From contig OZ360233.1 of assembly GCA_977017645.1 (NCBI GenBank), positions 25,296,001-25,360,000 on the forward strand: a stretch of 64,000 nucleotides of DNA, in the 5' to 3' direction. The position numbers and the translations under genes were made by a program. The notes beneath the pieces are model-generated. The model saw nothing but the letters and a program-made list of their open reading frames with translations. It had not been told where the DNA came from and searched no databases. Below are positions 49,494 to 61,644 of the stretch, in pieces. The stretch is from Torpedo marmorata. Its lineage: Eukaryota. Numbering within the stretch: position 1 is the stretch's first letter; the number at the start of each line of letters is the position of its first letter.

Positions 49494-49811
49494 TCGAGAT
49501 AAAAGGGCCTGAGGTCAGACTGCTGCCACCACAACATGAAGACACCAAGAGTAGGAACACGGCCACCCTCGAGTGTGTGGTCTCTGGATTCTACCCGGAC
49601 CTCATAAACGTCACCTGGGAGAAAGACAGCTCCCTGATCTCCTCCAACACCCGCACGACACGGACTGCTCTGGAGCAGGCAGGGACTTTCAGTGCCAGCC
49701 ACTTTCTGACTGTGAGGACAGAGGAGTGGAAGAAAGGCTCGGTCTTCAGCTGCACAGTGTCTCATCCCCCCTCCAACACCAGTATCAGCCGGGAGGTGAA
49801 AAACATGCAAG
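49494..49811 (+). CDS. IgW: CH4-like exon, copy 1, intact
   Basis: 318 nt, ttccag| and |gtacgg, about 77% aa identity to CH4 by hand count; expression unproven. Confidence 0.75.
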
Positions 49812-50349
49812 GTACGGTCCTGGGATTCACTCCAATCTTGACAACCTTTGCCCATGTCACAAACTGGGGCCAAATTAGTTCACTCGTATTGTCGTGGTTG
49901 TGTGAATGAGCTGATAACCTTAATGCATAGATGAGCAACAATTATATTCACTTTCACATCTTCCAAAACACCTCAATAGCCCGTCACAGAGGAGAGCAAT
50001 GCTGCTGTCCTTGACTCTGTTCACAAGCCTCTAGAGAATGGCTTCAATGCACAACTTGATGGGACAGTGTGGGATTTTAAACTACAAAGTAACAACAGGA
50101 AATAAGTTGCCGTTGTCAGTCGAACGGAGAAACTGAAAGGAACATAAAATTAACAGGTTCACTGATGTCCTTTTGTAAAGGACACCTGCCTTCTACACAC
50201 TTTCCCCTTATCCTTCAGACCCACACCAAACTCATCAGTGTCTCTGATAGACCTGGCAAGTCAGTCAGTGGAGCAGAGCAAGAAATGCCGGCCTTGTCAG
50301 CGAGTCTCACCCCACGAACAAAAGATGACATAATGACGGGAAGATCAAG

Positions 50350-50645
50350 GTTTGGACACCAGCATCTCTTCAAAGTTGAGCAAGTCTGCCTGTCCCAGAA
50401 CTGCAAGGGGAGGATGACGTCCACTTTTTGTGAGCAGCGTCTCAGTGATTTCGAGCAGTTCAGGGTAACCTGGGAGATAGATGGAAGTGAAGGCTGCTGG
50501 AAGACTCGGGGCTCAAAGAGGAACAGGGTCAAAGGCATCTCAGCCAACTCATGATCCACTGCAGATTGGGGGAGTGTGGTTGAGTACTTGTCTTTGTTCA
50601 ATTGTTTATCAACACTGGAGAAGAGGTCCATCAGGAAGTCTCAAC
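50350..50645 (+). pseudogene. Decayed CH5 copy 1
   Basis: FCEQRLSDFEQFRVTWEIDGSE...EKRSIRK aligns to CH5 LCEVVHGDLEGFRVTWQVDGSE...EKRSIKK; in-frame stop, second Cys lost. Confidence 0.85.
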
Positions 50646-50974
50646 TCGTCTGAATGGAGCTCAGTTGGAGTCTGTTTGTAATGGGGAGATGTTCAACCAT
50701 CCAGTGTCAGATTTACTGGAGTTCTCTGAGGATATAATGAGCGGAGTGAATAGAGGGGAACAGGTTCATGTTGTGTACTTGGACTTCCAGAAAGTGTTTG
50801 AAAGGTGCAGCATAAATACATCCACGAGATAAGGATGGATGGAGTTGGAGGAAACATATTAGCGTGGATGGACAATTGGTTCACCAATAAAAGGCAGAGA
50901 AGTGAGATAAATGGGTGTTTCACTGGTTGGCAATCAGTGGTGAGTGGAGTAAGTTGTCTATTTCTCATCTGCAG

Positions 50975-51277
50975 CATTGTCTGTCCTTTTACAAAATCCA
51001 TCAACTGAAGAAATTTGGATCAACAAGACTGCTACTCTGGTGTGCCTGGTTGTGGGTGCTGATCTGAGCCAGGTCCAAATCTACTGGCACGTGAGCGGAA
51101 GGGAGAGAATGAAAGGAAATGTGACCCAACAACCGAGAGAGGAAGGGACACTAAGCAGAGTGATCAGCCAATTCCAGACCAGTGTGGAGGAGTGGTGCAG
51201 TGGGGCAGTGTACACTTGTTCTGCCCAAGGATCTTCTTCATCCTCACCAGTGTCAGCACAGACAGAGAGTACCAAAG
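50975..51277 (+). CDS. IgW: CH3-like exon, copy 2, intact
   Basis: 303 nt, ctgcag| and |gtgggc, canonical Cys/Trp; expression unproven. Confidence 0.78.
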
Positions 51278-51365
51278 GTGGGCAAAAGGTCAGCGATTAG
51301 ATGGACAACATCTGTGACCTTGAGTAAAAATGTTTATGTCTCCTTTCTTTGCTCGTCTGTTCCAG

Positions 51366-51683
51366 TCGAGATAAAAGGGCTTGAGGTCAAACTGCTGCCA
51401 CCACCACATGAAGACACCAAGAGTAGGAACACGGCCACCCTCGAGTGTGTGGTCTCTGGATTCTACCCGGACCTCATAAACGTCACCTGGGAGAAAGACA
51501 GCTCCCTGATCTCCTCCAACACCCGCACGACACGGACTGCTCTGGAGCAGGCGGGGACTTTCAGTGCCAGCCACTTTCTGACTGTGAGGACAGAGGAGTG
51601 GAAGAAAGGCTCGGTCTTCAGCTGCACAGTGTCTCATCCCCCCTCCAACACCAGTATCAGCCGGGAGGTGAAAAACATGCAAG
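51366..51683 (+). CDS. IgW: CH4-like exon, copy 2, intact
   Basis: 318 nt, canonical splice sites, open frame. Confidence 0.78.
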
Positions 51684-52221
51684 GTACGGTCCTGGGATTC
51701 ACTCCAATCTTGACAACCTTTGCTCATGTCACAAACTGGGGCCAAATTAGTTCACTCGTATTGTCGTGGTTGTGTGAATGGGCTGATAACCTTAATGCAT
51801 AGATGAGCAACAATTATATTCACTTTCACATCTTCCAAAACACCTCAATAGCCCGTCACAGAGGAGAGCAACGCTGCTGTCCTTGACTCTGTTCACAAGC
51901 CTCTAGAGAATGGCTTCAATGCACAACTTGATGGGACAGTGTGGGATTTTAAACTACAAAGTAACAACAGGAAATAAGTTGCCGTTGTCAGTCGAACGGA
52001 GAAACTGAAAGGAACATAAAATTAACAGGTTCACTGATGTCCTTTTGTAAAGGACACCTGCCTTCTACACTCTTTCCCCTTATCCTTCAGACCCACACCA
52101 AACTCATCAGTGTCTCTGCTAGACCTGGCAAGTCAGTCAGTGGAGCAGAGCAAGAAATGCCGGCCTTGTCAGCGAGTCTCACCCCACGAACAAAAGATGA
52201 CATAATGACGGGAAGATCAAG

Positions 52222-52517
52222 GTTTGGACACCAGCATCTCTTCAAAGTTGAGCAAGTCTGCCTGTCCCAGAACTGCAAGGGGAGGATGACGTCCACTTTT
52301 TGTGAGCAGCGTCTCAGTGATTTCGAGCAGTTCAGGGTAACCTGGGAGATAGATGGAAGTGAAGGCTGCTGGAAGACTCGGGGCTCAAAGAGGAACAGGG
52401 TCAAAGGCGTCTCAGCCAACTCATGATCCACTGCAGATTGGGGGAGTGTGGTTGAGTACTTGTATTTGTTCAATTGTTTATCAACACTGCAGAAGAGGTC
52501 CATCAGGAAGTCTCAAC
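52222..52517 (+). pseudogene. Decayed CH5 copy 2
   Basis: Same lesions as copy 1, offset by 1872 bp. Confidence 0.85.
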
Positions 52518-52846
52518 TCGTCTGAATGGAGCTCAGTTGGAGTCTGTTTGTAATGGGGAGATGTTCAACCATCCAGTGTCAGATTTACTGGAGTTCCCTG
52601 AGGATATAATGAGCGGAGTGAATAGAGGGGAACAGGTTCATGTTGTGTACTTGGACTTCCAGAAAGTGTTTGAAAGGTGCAGCATAAATACATCCACGAG
52701 ATAAGGATGGATGGAGTTGGAGGTAACATATTAGCGTGGATGGACAATTGGTTCACCAATAAAAGGCAGAGAAGTGAGATAAATGGGTGTTTCACTGGTT
52801 GGCAATCAGTGGTGAGTGGAGTAAGTTTTCTATTTCTCATCTGCAG

Positions 52847-53149
52847 AATTGTCTGTCCTTTTACAAAATCCATCCACTGAAGAGATTTGGATCAACAAGA
52901 CCGCTACTCTGGTGTGCCTGGTTGTGGGTGCTGATCTGAGCCAGGTCCAAATCTACTGGCAGGTGAGCGGAAGGGAGAGAATGAAAGGAAATGTGACCCA
53001 ACAACCGAGAGAGGAAGGGACACAAAGTAGAGTGATCAGCCAATTCCAGACCAGTGTGGAGGAGTGGTTCAATGGGGCAGTGTACACTTGTTCGGCCCAA
53101 GGAACTTCTTCATCCTCACCAGTGTCAGCACAGACAGAGAGTACCAAAG
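52847..53149 (+). CDS. IgW: CH3-like exon, copy 3, intact
   Basis: 303 nt, canonical splice sites; about 57% aa identity to CH3 by hand count. Confidence 0.78.
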
Positions 53150-53237
53150 GTGGGCAAAAGGTCAGCGATTAGATGGACAACATCTGTGACCTTGAGTAAA
53201 AATGTTTACGTCTCCTTTCTTTGCTCGTCCGTTCCAG

Positions 53238-53555
53238 TCGAGATAAAAGGGCCTGAGGTCAGACTGCTGCCACCACAACATGAAGACACCAAGAGTAGGA
53301 ACACGGCCACCCTCGAGTGTGTGGTCTCTGGATTCTACCCGGACCTCATAAACGTCACCTGGGAGAAAGACAGCTCCCTGATCTCCTCCAACACCCGCAC
53401 GACACGGACTGCTCTGGAGCAGGCGGGGACTTTCAGTGCCATCCACTTCCTGACTGTGAGGACAGAGGAGTGGAAGAAAGGCTCGGTCTTCAGCTGCACA
53501 GTGTCTCATCCCCCCTCCAACACCAGTATCAGCCGGGAGGTGAAAAACATGCAAG
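53238..53555 (+). CDS. IgW: CH4-like exon, copy 3, intact
   Basis: 318 nt, canonical splice sites, open frame. Confidence 0.78.
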
Positions 53556-54290
53556 GTACGGTCCTGAGATTCACTCCAATCTTGACAACCTTTGCCCATG
53601 TCACAAACTGGGGCCAAGTTAGTTCACTGAAACATCGGTGTGGCATTGTTGTGCTTGAGTGAGTGAGCTGATAACCTCAATGCATAGAACAGCAACAATT
53701 ATATTCACTGATGTGATTTCACATGGAAACATAGAAAACTTACAGCACAATACAGGCCCTTCGGCCCACAAAGTTGTGCCGAACATATCCCTACCTTACA
53801 AATTACTACACTTACCTATAGTCATTTTTCTAAGCTCCACGTACCTATCCAAAACTCTCTTTAAAGACCCTGTCGTATCCGCCTCCACCACATCTTCCAG
53901 ACACCTCAATAGCCCGTCACAGAGGAGAGCAACGCTGCTGTGCTTCATTATGCTCAAAAGCCTCTGGAGAATGGCTTCAACGCCAACTTGAAGGGACAGT
54001 ACAGGAGTTTAAACTAGAAAGCAACAAGAGGAAATAAGTTGCTGTTCTCAGTCGAAGTGATGGCGAAACTGTGAAAGGAACATTAGATTAACAGGTCACT
54101 GATGTCCTTTTGTAAAGGACACCTGCCTTCTACACTCTTTCCCCTTATCCTTCAGTCACACACCAAACTCATCAGTGTCTCTGATAGGCCTGGCAAGTCA
54201 GTCAGTGGAGCAGAGCAAGAAATGCTGGTCTTGTCAGCGACAGTCTCACCCCACGAGAGAAGGATGACATAATGACTACAAGATCAAGGT

Positions 54291-54580
54291 TTGGACACCA
54301 GCATCCCAGAAACTTTGAGCAAGCCTGCCTGTCGCCAGAACTGCAGGAAGAGGATGATGACCACTTTGTGTGAGCTGCCTCTCAGTGATTTTGAGCAGTT
54401 CAGAGTAACCTGGGAGATAGATGGACGTGAAGTGAAGACTCGGGGCTCAAGAGGAACAGGGACAAAGGTGTCTTCAACTGACTCACAGTCCACTGCAGAT
54501 TGGGGGAGTCGGGCTGAGTACTTGTATTTGTTCAATTGTTTGTCAACACTGGAGAAGAAATCCATCACGAAGTTTCAACA
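54291..54580 (+). pseudogene. Decayed CH5 copy 3
   Basis: DTSIPETLSKP...TLCELPLSDFEQFRVTWEIDG...EKKSITK aligns to CH5 with deletions; second Cys lost; no clear splice sites. Confidence 0.85.
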
Positions 54581-55059
54581 TTTCAATGGAGCTCAGTTGG
54601 AGTCTGTTTGCATTAGCGTGATGTACATCCATCCAGAGGCAGGCTGTCCAATATAATTATCCTTTTGTATTCGAGTCCAGGAAGTCCAGGACATGATTAG
54701 TTCACCTATTAATTCTGTTGAGGAAAGAGAAGGTGTCTCCAGAATGTCACTGTTACTTGTATGGAGGGCAGCATGTTGTCACATGGTTCACAATTTGAAC
54801 AGGGTTGTGAATGTAACATTCTGCAGAAGCCCTAATTCACCATTTGTTCTCAAGTGACTGCAGCCGAGAGACCAGTCCTGATCCAATTTACAGGGTTTCA
54901 CATTCTTTGCAGAAGGACAAACACAAGCAACGTTATGGTCGATCTGGAGATGAGATGTTATTTCTGGATTGGTGGTTCACTCCACACTTATTCCCTTCAT
55001 TTTTTCCGTAGAGAGTGGCCAAGAAGGGAAATAAGGATAATCCAGGAAACCTCCAATCT

Positions 55060-55891
55060 GTGGTGGGAAACCTCTCGAAAAGAGACTTTGGGATAGTGTA
55101 TATGTGCACATTTTGAACATCATGGTCAGATTAGGTCAGTCAATTTGGCTTTATGTGGGGCAGATTATGTTTTACTTAGGTGATTGATTTTTTTTTAGGA
55201 AGTGACAAAGTTGGTCGATGAGGGTGGGGAACTGGATGTTGTCCACATGGATTTCAATGAGACATTTGAGAAGGTCCCTCATGGTAGGCTGATCCAGAAA
55301 GATCGGATTCATTAAATCGACGGTGAATGGATCGTCTGGATTCGGAAGTGTCTGGCCCTGAGAAAACAGAGCATAGTTGTAGAAGCCCGTCACCAGTGGT
55401 GTTCCACAGGGAACGGTGTTGGGAATCCTTTTGTTTGTGATGTACATAAATGACCTGGATGAAAATATACGTGTGTGGGTCAGTAAATTTGCAGATGACA
55501 CTGTGGAGTTGTGGACAGTGTAGTGGGCTGTCAAAGAATACAACAGGATGTAGATCAGTTACAGATATGGGCAGAGAAATGGCAGATGGAGTTTGATCCA
55601 GAAAATTGTGAGTTGTTGAACTTTGGGAAGTCAAAATTAATGGGAACATATACAGTTCATGGCAGGACTCTTCAAAGCGTTGATGTGCAGAGGGATCTGG
55701 GAGTACAGATCCACAGCTCCTTAAAAAGTAGATAAGGTGCTAAAGAAGATGTATGGTATGCTTGTCTTCTTTTGGTGGAGCATTCAGTACAAAAGTAAGC
55801 AAGTCACGTTGCAGCTATATAAAACTGGATGGAGTGCACTTGGAGAACTGCATGCAGTAGAATCATGAATGGCATCGAGAGTGTGGACTGT
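55060..55891 (+). mobile_element. Degenerate CR1 LINE, continued at about 59205-59420 after an L1 insertion
   Basis: [22 protein letters not shown] motifs. Confidence 0.8.
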
Positions 55892-58800
55892 AAAGATTTT
55901 TGTGAATATATAAGAAAAGAAATTCAGGAATTTTTAAGAATAAATAATTCGATTAATGATAAATTTATAATTTGGGAATCTTTAAAAGCTTATTTAAGAG
56001 GTTTGATAATAAGTTTTTCGGCAAAAATTAGAAAAGATTATTTGAAAGAAGAAGGAAAATTGGAAAGGGAGATTGAATTTATGGAGAAAGATTTTCAAAG
56101 AAATAAAACCATTTTTAGGAGACAACGTTTAATTAGGAAGAAATTGCATTATAATATATTACAAACTCGAAAAATAGAAAAATTAATTGGTAGAACGAAA
56201 CAAAGATATTATGAATTAGGAGAAAGAGCACATAAAGTTTTAGCATGGCAATTAAAAAAAGAACAAGTTTCTAAAACTATAAATGCTAAAAAAAAAAGTA
56301 CTGGTGAAATAACTTATAAACCTCAGGAAATAAATGAATCTTTTAGAGAATATTATCAGAATTTATATACCTCTCAGATTGATCATGATGATACAAAAAT
56401 TAATAGATTTTTATCCAAAATTACATTACCTAGACTAAATAATTTTAATAGAGATATGTTAGATTTACCTATTACAATGAGAGAAGGAGTTGAAGCTTTA
56501 TCGACATTGAAAAGTGGTAAATCTCCTGGTGATGATGGATTTCCGATGGAGTTCTATAAAGAGTTTAAAGATTTATTGATACCTATATATATGGAAGTAT
56601 TGACTCAAATTAAGGAAACTCATTTATTACCGAAAACCTTTTTGAATGCTATTATTACAGTTATACCAAAGAAAGATAGAGATGTATTAAAAACGGAGTC
56701 ATACAGACCTATATCATTGTTGAATGTAGATTATAAAATAATGGCAAAAATTTTGACAAATAGATTAGCTAAGTATTTACCGATTTTAATACATTCAGAT
56801 CAAGCAGGATTTATTAAAAATAGATATTCGAAAGATAATATAGCAAGATTAATAAGTTTAATTAATTTGCAAAAAAGGAAACAAGATTTGCCGTTGGTGA
56901 TAACATTAGACGCAGAAAAAGCATTTGATAGACTAGAATGGAATTTTTTATTTAAGGTCTTAGAGAAATATGGATTTGGAAATACTTTTATAAATTGGAT
57001 TAAAACTATATATAAAGAACCTACAGCTAGAGTAATTACAAATGGTCAAATATCATCTAAATTCCCCTTGATGAGGTCAACAAGACAAGGATGCCCTTTA
57101 TCACCTGCTTTATTTGTATTGGCAATAGAACCGTTGGCTGAAATGATTAGGAAAGATATTAATATAAATGGGATTAAAGTAGGTACAGAAGAGCATAAAA
57201 TTAGTCTATTTGCAGATGATGTATTAATATATATGACGAAATCTATTGTATCACTTCAACAATTAGCTAAGATATTGAGGGAGTATGGTGAGATATCTGG
57301 TTATAAAATAAATTCGGATAAGAGTGAAATAATGGCTTTATCTCAAGGAGATTATACTAAATGCAAAGAAGTTACAGGATTTAAATGGGCTAAAGAAGGA
57401 ATAAAATATTTGGGAGTTAAAGTAGATACAAAATTGGAAAATTTATATAAATTAAATTATATACCTTTATTTCAGAAAATAAAGAAAGATTTGGAGAATT
57501 GGAAAGATTTACCTATAACTTTAATGGGAAGAGTGAATTGTATTAAAATGAATATTTTTCCAAGAGTTCAATATCTTTTTCAATCTATTCCTTTTGGAAT
57601 TCCTCAAAATTTTTTAAAAGATTTAAAAATTATTATTAGGAAGTTTTTATGGAAGGGAAAATTAGCGAGAGTAAGTATGGATAAATTAACTTGGAATTAC
57701 GAGATGGGTGGATTACAACTCCCCAATTTTTTATATTATTATAAGGCAGCTCAATTAAAGTTTATTAATGAATTTTTTGATTTAACTAAATCTACTGCTT
57801 GGATTAATATAGAATTGAATAATATAGGGGAGAGATATAAAGAAGATATTATTTATAAATGGAATTCTAAATTATTATTAATTAAAAAGAAAAATTTATC
57901 GATTATTAAACATTTCTTGGAAATTTGGACACAGTTAGACAATGAGATAGGACAAAAAGGGTTATTATCTCCAAATACGCCATTGTATCAGAATTTACTA
58001 TTACCTTTTTCTAGTGATAATTAATTTTTAAAATTATGGTTTCAAAAAGGAATTAAGAAGATTAAAGATTGTTTTGAGGCTGGAAGATTTGTTACATTTT
58101 CCAGGCTGAAAGAAAAATTTGGAATATTGGATAATACAATTTTAGCTTATTATCAGGTTAAAGGATTTTTAGTTGAGAAATTGGGGAATCAATTAATAGC
58201 TCCAAGACAGGATGGATTAGAATTATTAATTACTAATGGAAATGTTAACAAATTTATATCACAAATGTATAAATTACTTCAGAGAAAAATGCCTAAGGTA
58301 GGATTTCATAAATCAAGATTAAGATGGGAATCAGACTTAAATATTAATATAGATGAAAAACATTGGAAAGATTTATGTAAATTGAGTATGACTAAAATTA
58401 TTAATGTTAGGTATAGATTAGTACAATATAATTTTTTTCATCAATTATAGTTAACACCTAAAAAATTAAAGAAATTTAATCCGGCATTATCAGATATGTG
58501 TTTTAGATGCAAGGATGAAATTGGTTCTTTTGTTCATTCAACATGGTTATGTCCTAAAATTAAGGATTTTTGGTCTAAAGTTAAAGATTTTTTGGATAGA
58601 ATTTTTAATATTATGGTTCCAATGGACCCTATGTTATTTTTATTTGGAGATATTAAAAAATTTAGTATTAGAAATAGATTAAATATGTATCAAATAGAAT
58701 TTTTGCGAATTGTTTTAGCAGTTTCAAAAAAATGTATTGCTATTACTTGGAAATCAGATTTAGATTTGAATTTAGATAGATTACATGCAGAATTACGTTC

Positions 58801-59204
58801 TTGTATACCATTGGAAAAAATTACATATAATTTACGTAATAAATATCATTTCTTTTTGAAAATTTGGAGCCCATATATGAGAATTATGGGTATGAATTAA
58901 TTCTCTAGAAGTCGGCTCCGCTGGCAAAACTAACCTCCAATATATAAATAGAATTAGCTTGTAATTTGTTTTCTCCTCACTTTAATTCTTTATTATTCAA
59001 TTCTTTTCTTTTTTTTCTTTATAAAAAATATATATATTTTTTTTCTCTTTTTCTTTTATTTAGAGTAGTGGTGGGGGGGTTGGGGAGGGGAGGGTGGGAG
59101 GGGGGGAGGAAATATATCACATGTACTTGGAATGATATATTATTTTTGATTAATGTATTTTGTGATTTTAAAATTTAAATAAAATTAAAAAAAAAAAAAA
59201 AAAA
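55892..59204 (+). mobile_element. L1 LINE, 5'-truncated
   Basis: ORF2 RT and C-terminal Cys motif with stops; poly-A; 15-bp TSD gagagtgtggactgt at 55877-55891 and 59205-59219. Confidence 0.95.
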
Positions 59205-59548
59205 GAGAGTGTGGACTGTCACTGTCTTCTCCCCAGGTTAAAAGTGTAACACACAAGAGAATATGTGTTTAACCTGACACGGAGCAAGTTTTAGCAAGAT
59301 GTGGGAACAAATCTTTCATTCAGACAGTGGTTGGTGCCTGGAACGGGCTGTCAGGGATACTGGTGGAAGCAGATACAATAGTAGCATTTAAGAGACTTCT
59401 GAACAGACACAAGAATATGAAGGAAATGGTGAAAGACTTTACTTTTAGATGTGGTAAGGTCACTCATGATGTAAAAGTTCCCCAGGTTGTTGTAAGAGCA
59501 GAACATTGCAGATGAACATAAAATGAATGAAAGAGGTTATGTTCCCAG

Positions 59549-59712
59549 TAGATTCCCTCTTGAGTCTACCCTATCCATTGGGTGAGATGGAGACGAGTCG
59601 GGTCACCAGGTTCTCGTCAGAGGAGATTGCCATGGACTGGATGGCTAACACACCACTGGCTAACCCCGAATTGATGGTTAACCCTATAACAGTGTGGTTT
59701 ACCTCACTATGA
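59549..59712 (+). pseudogene. Heavily decayed, internally deleted CH6/secretory exon copy
   Basis: gttcccag| acceptor as in CH6; VTRFSSEEIAMDWMAN aligns with VNKFSPADIYVAWMAN; FTSL* with FTSCA*; flanks 59430-59548 and 59930-60040 resemble 32230-32375 and 33060-33170. Confidence 0.7.
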
Positions 59713-61644
59713 AATTGTCCTACACTCGAACAAACAAAACTAAATCCCTTTTCATTAAATGAGAATGAAAATATATTCCATAATTCAATATCAATCATCA
59801 AAAGTTATGAGATGTTGCTGTTACTATTGAAAGTTCTTTGTGTCAGGTCCAACCCTGTGTGAAACCTGTGTCGACCCCACCAGAGGTTAAGTGTATCTAT
59901 GTGTCAATGCACTAAACAAGGAGTCAGTTGAGGGTGTTCCTTGCTGGTGTGTTTTGGGACACAGAAAATGAGGGACTTGGACATGAGGGGTGGAAGGTGC
60001 TGCTGGTTGGGAGGAACAGGTGAACTTGGATCAATGGTTTCCAGTCTATGTTTCACTAGATACATTTATATATCTCTATATGTATATAGTATAGTTTCAC
60101 CCATCTAAAGAATGGAACACTCCCAATACATATGTTTCAAATATAGTGGTAAGGGATACTATATTTAAACTTTGTGAAGGCATTGACTGAACTCATTCAG
60201 AAAATGGAGAGATACAGAGAGAAGGGGTGATAGTTCGGCAGTGAAGAGCTGTGGCCTGCAGCAACGTGGTCAGTGCTGCAGCTATTCACGAGAGTTATCA
60301 ATGGTCGGACAGAAAGCCACATTTCCAAGTTTGTCTCACTCACAAGGCTGGCAGACCATCAGCAGTGCCTCTGGAAGGCTTGAGCAAGAAGCAGAATAAT
60401 AACAGGTCAAATCACTGGGCATTTCTGTGGCAAAAACCAGCAGAATGGTTTCGGGCCAAATAAAGTATTTTCTAAATGGTGCAGAAATGAATGCAGTGAA
60501 GATTCAGAGAGTCCAAGGGCTCCATGTGCAGAGATAATTTACCTTGCAGCAAGCTGGAGAAAAGAATCAAACAGGAAGGGTGGTCTTTATATCAGGACAG
60601 GACAGCAAGAGGGGAGGAGTTATGCTGTAGGTTAGACCACATGTGCAATACTGAGCAGTTTTAGATACCACACCCAAGGAAGGAAATTCCGGCTGGTGGG
60701 AGTGTTGAACAGACCTGGACTCTCAAGGGTAAATTACAAGGTGAGATTGTTAAATGATGGTGTATCCTCTGAAATTTGGAAAGGTGAAGGAAGATACATT
60801 CAATGTTTTCAGAATGTTAAGTGGAACTGACAGAGTTGATTAGAAGAAATTATTTATTTTTGTTTATTTGATTTAGTGTATTGTTTATTGTCACGTGTAC
60901 CGAGATACAGTTTAAAACTGAGTTTTGCGTGCTATCCAGGCATGGCAAAATGTCGCCACTCTCTCGTTCCGTTTTGGGTTCAGGAATTCACTGAAACCCA
61001 CATGGTAAAAACAAAGTATATTGAATAATCATAATGAGTGTCAACTGGGATTCTGGCATTTAACAATACAGGCAAATCAAATTCATGCACAGCAGCATCC
61101 TGCCATTCCAGGAGCCGGCTCGTCATCGGTCGGTGGATGGGAAGTGACTCAAACAGCCGCTCCGTGCTATCAGTTATAGACCGTGTAAGAGCAGCTTCCA
61201 TAAGCACAGTTACCGTCCTGGTTCCGTTACCCTCCCAAGTAGTCGTTGTGCTCCAAGACGTTCAACAGGCTGTGTCTTCAGAATTCCATGAGTTTCCATG
61301 GTACTTGAGTAGCTGTACTTTGTAAATGCAAACCTGCTTCTAAAAAGTACCTCCAGGGACCCCTGGAATATGACAAATGGATTGCAGGTTGAAATAACAG
61401 AGGACAAATTCCTTTTCCTTTGTAATACCTGCTCCTTCAGGTGTAGAATGCTTGCCCTGTTTTGGGAGAAGATACTGTGCTTTGTTCACCAATGAGTGGG
61501 AATGGTGACTGGGTCAAAGATTCACCTTGAACTTGCTCATGTTTCTTCATCACTCTTTGAGGATCAGAACTTTGTCTGAACAGATAACTCTGCCATCCAA
61601 AAAACAAAAAAAGGTGAAGATCAGTCCTGCTACTTTTTCCTCAG

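Larger units (their letters stand above)
49081..54610 (+). repeat. Three tandem units (starts 49081, 50949, 52821; periods 1868 and 1872 bp), each CH3-like + CH4-like + decayed CH5
   Basis: Near-identical sequence and ORFs recur at these offsets. Confidence 0.95.

Noticed and set aside
49418-53617. Repeated antisense ORFs of 151 and 138 aa
   Set aside because: Shadows of the CH4' and pseudo-CH5 sequence, repeated only because of the tandem duplication
55829-58024. 731-aa ORF as a host gene or active L1
   Set aside because: 5'-truncated L1 ORF2 lacking the endonuclease, with a start borrowed from flanking CR1 and downstream stops
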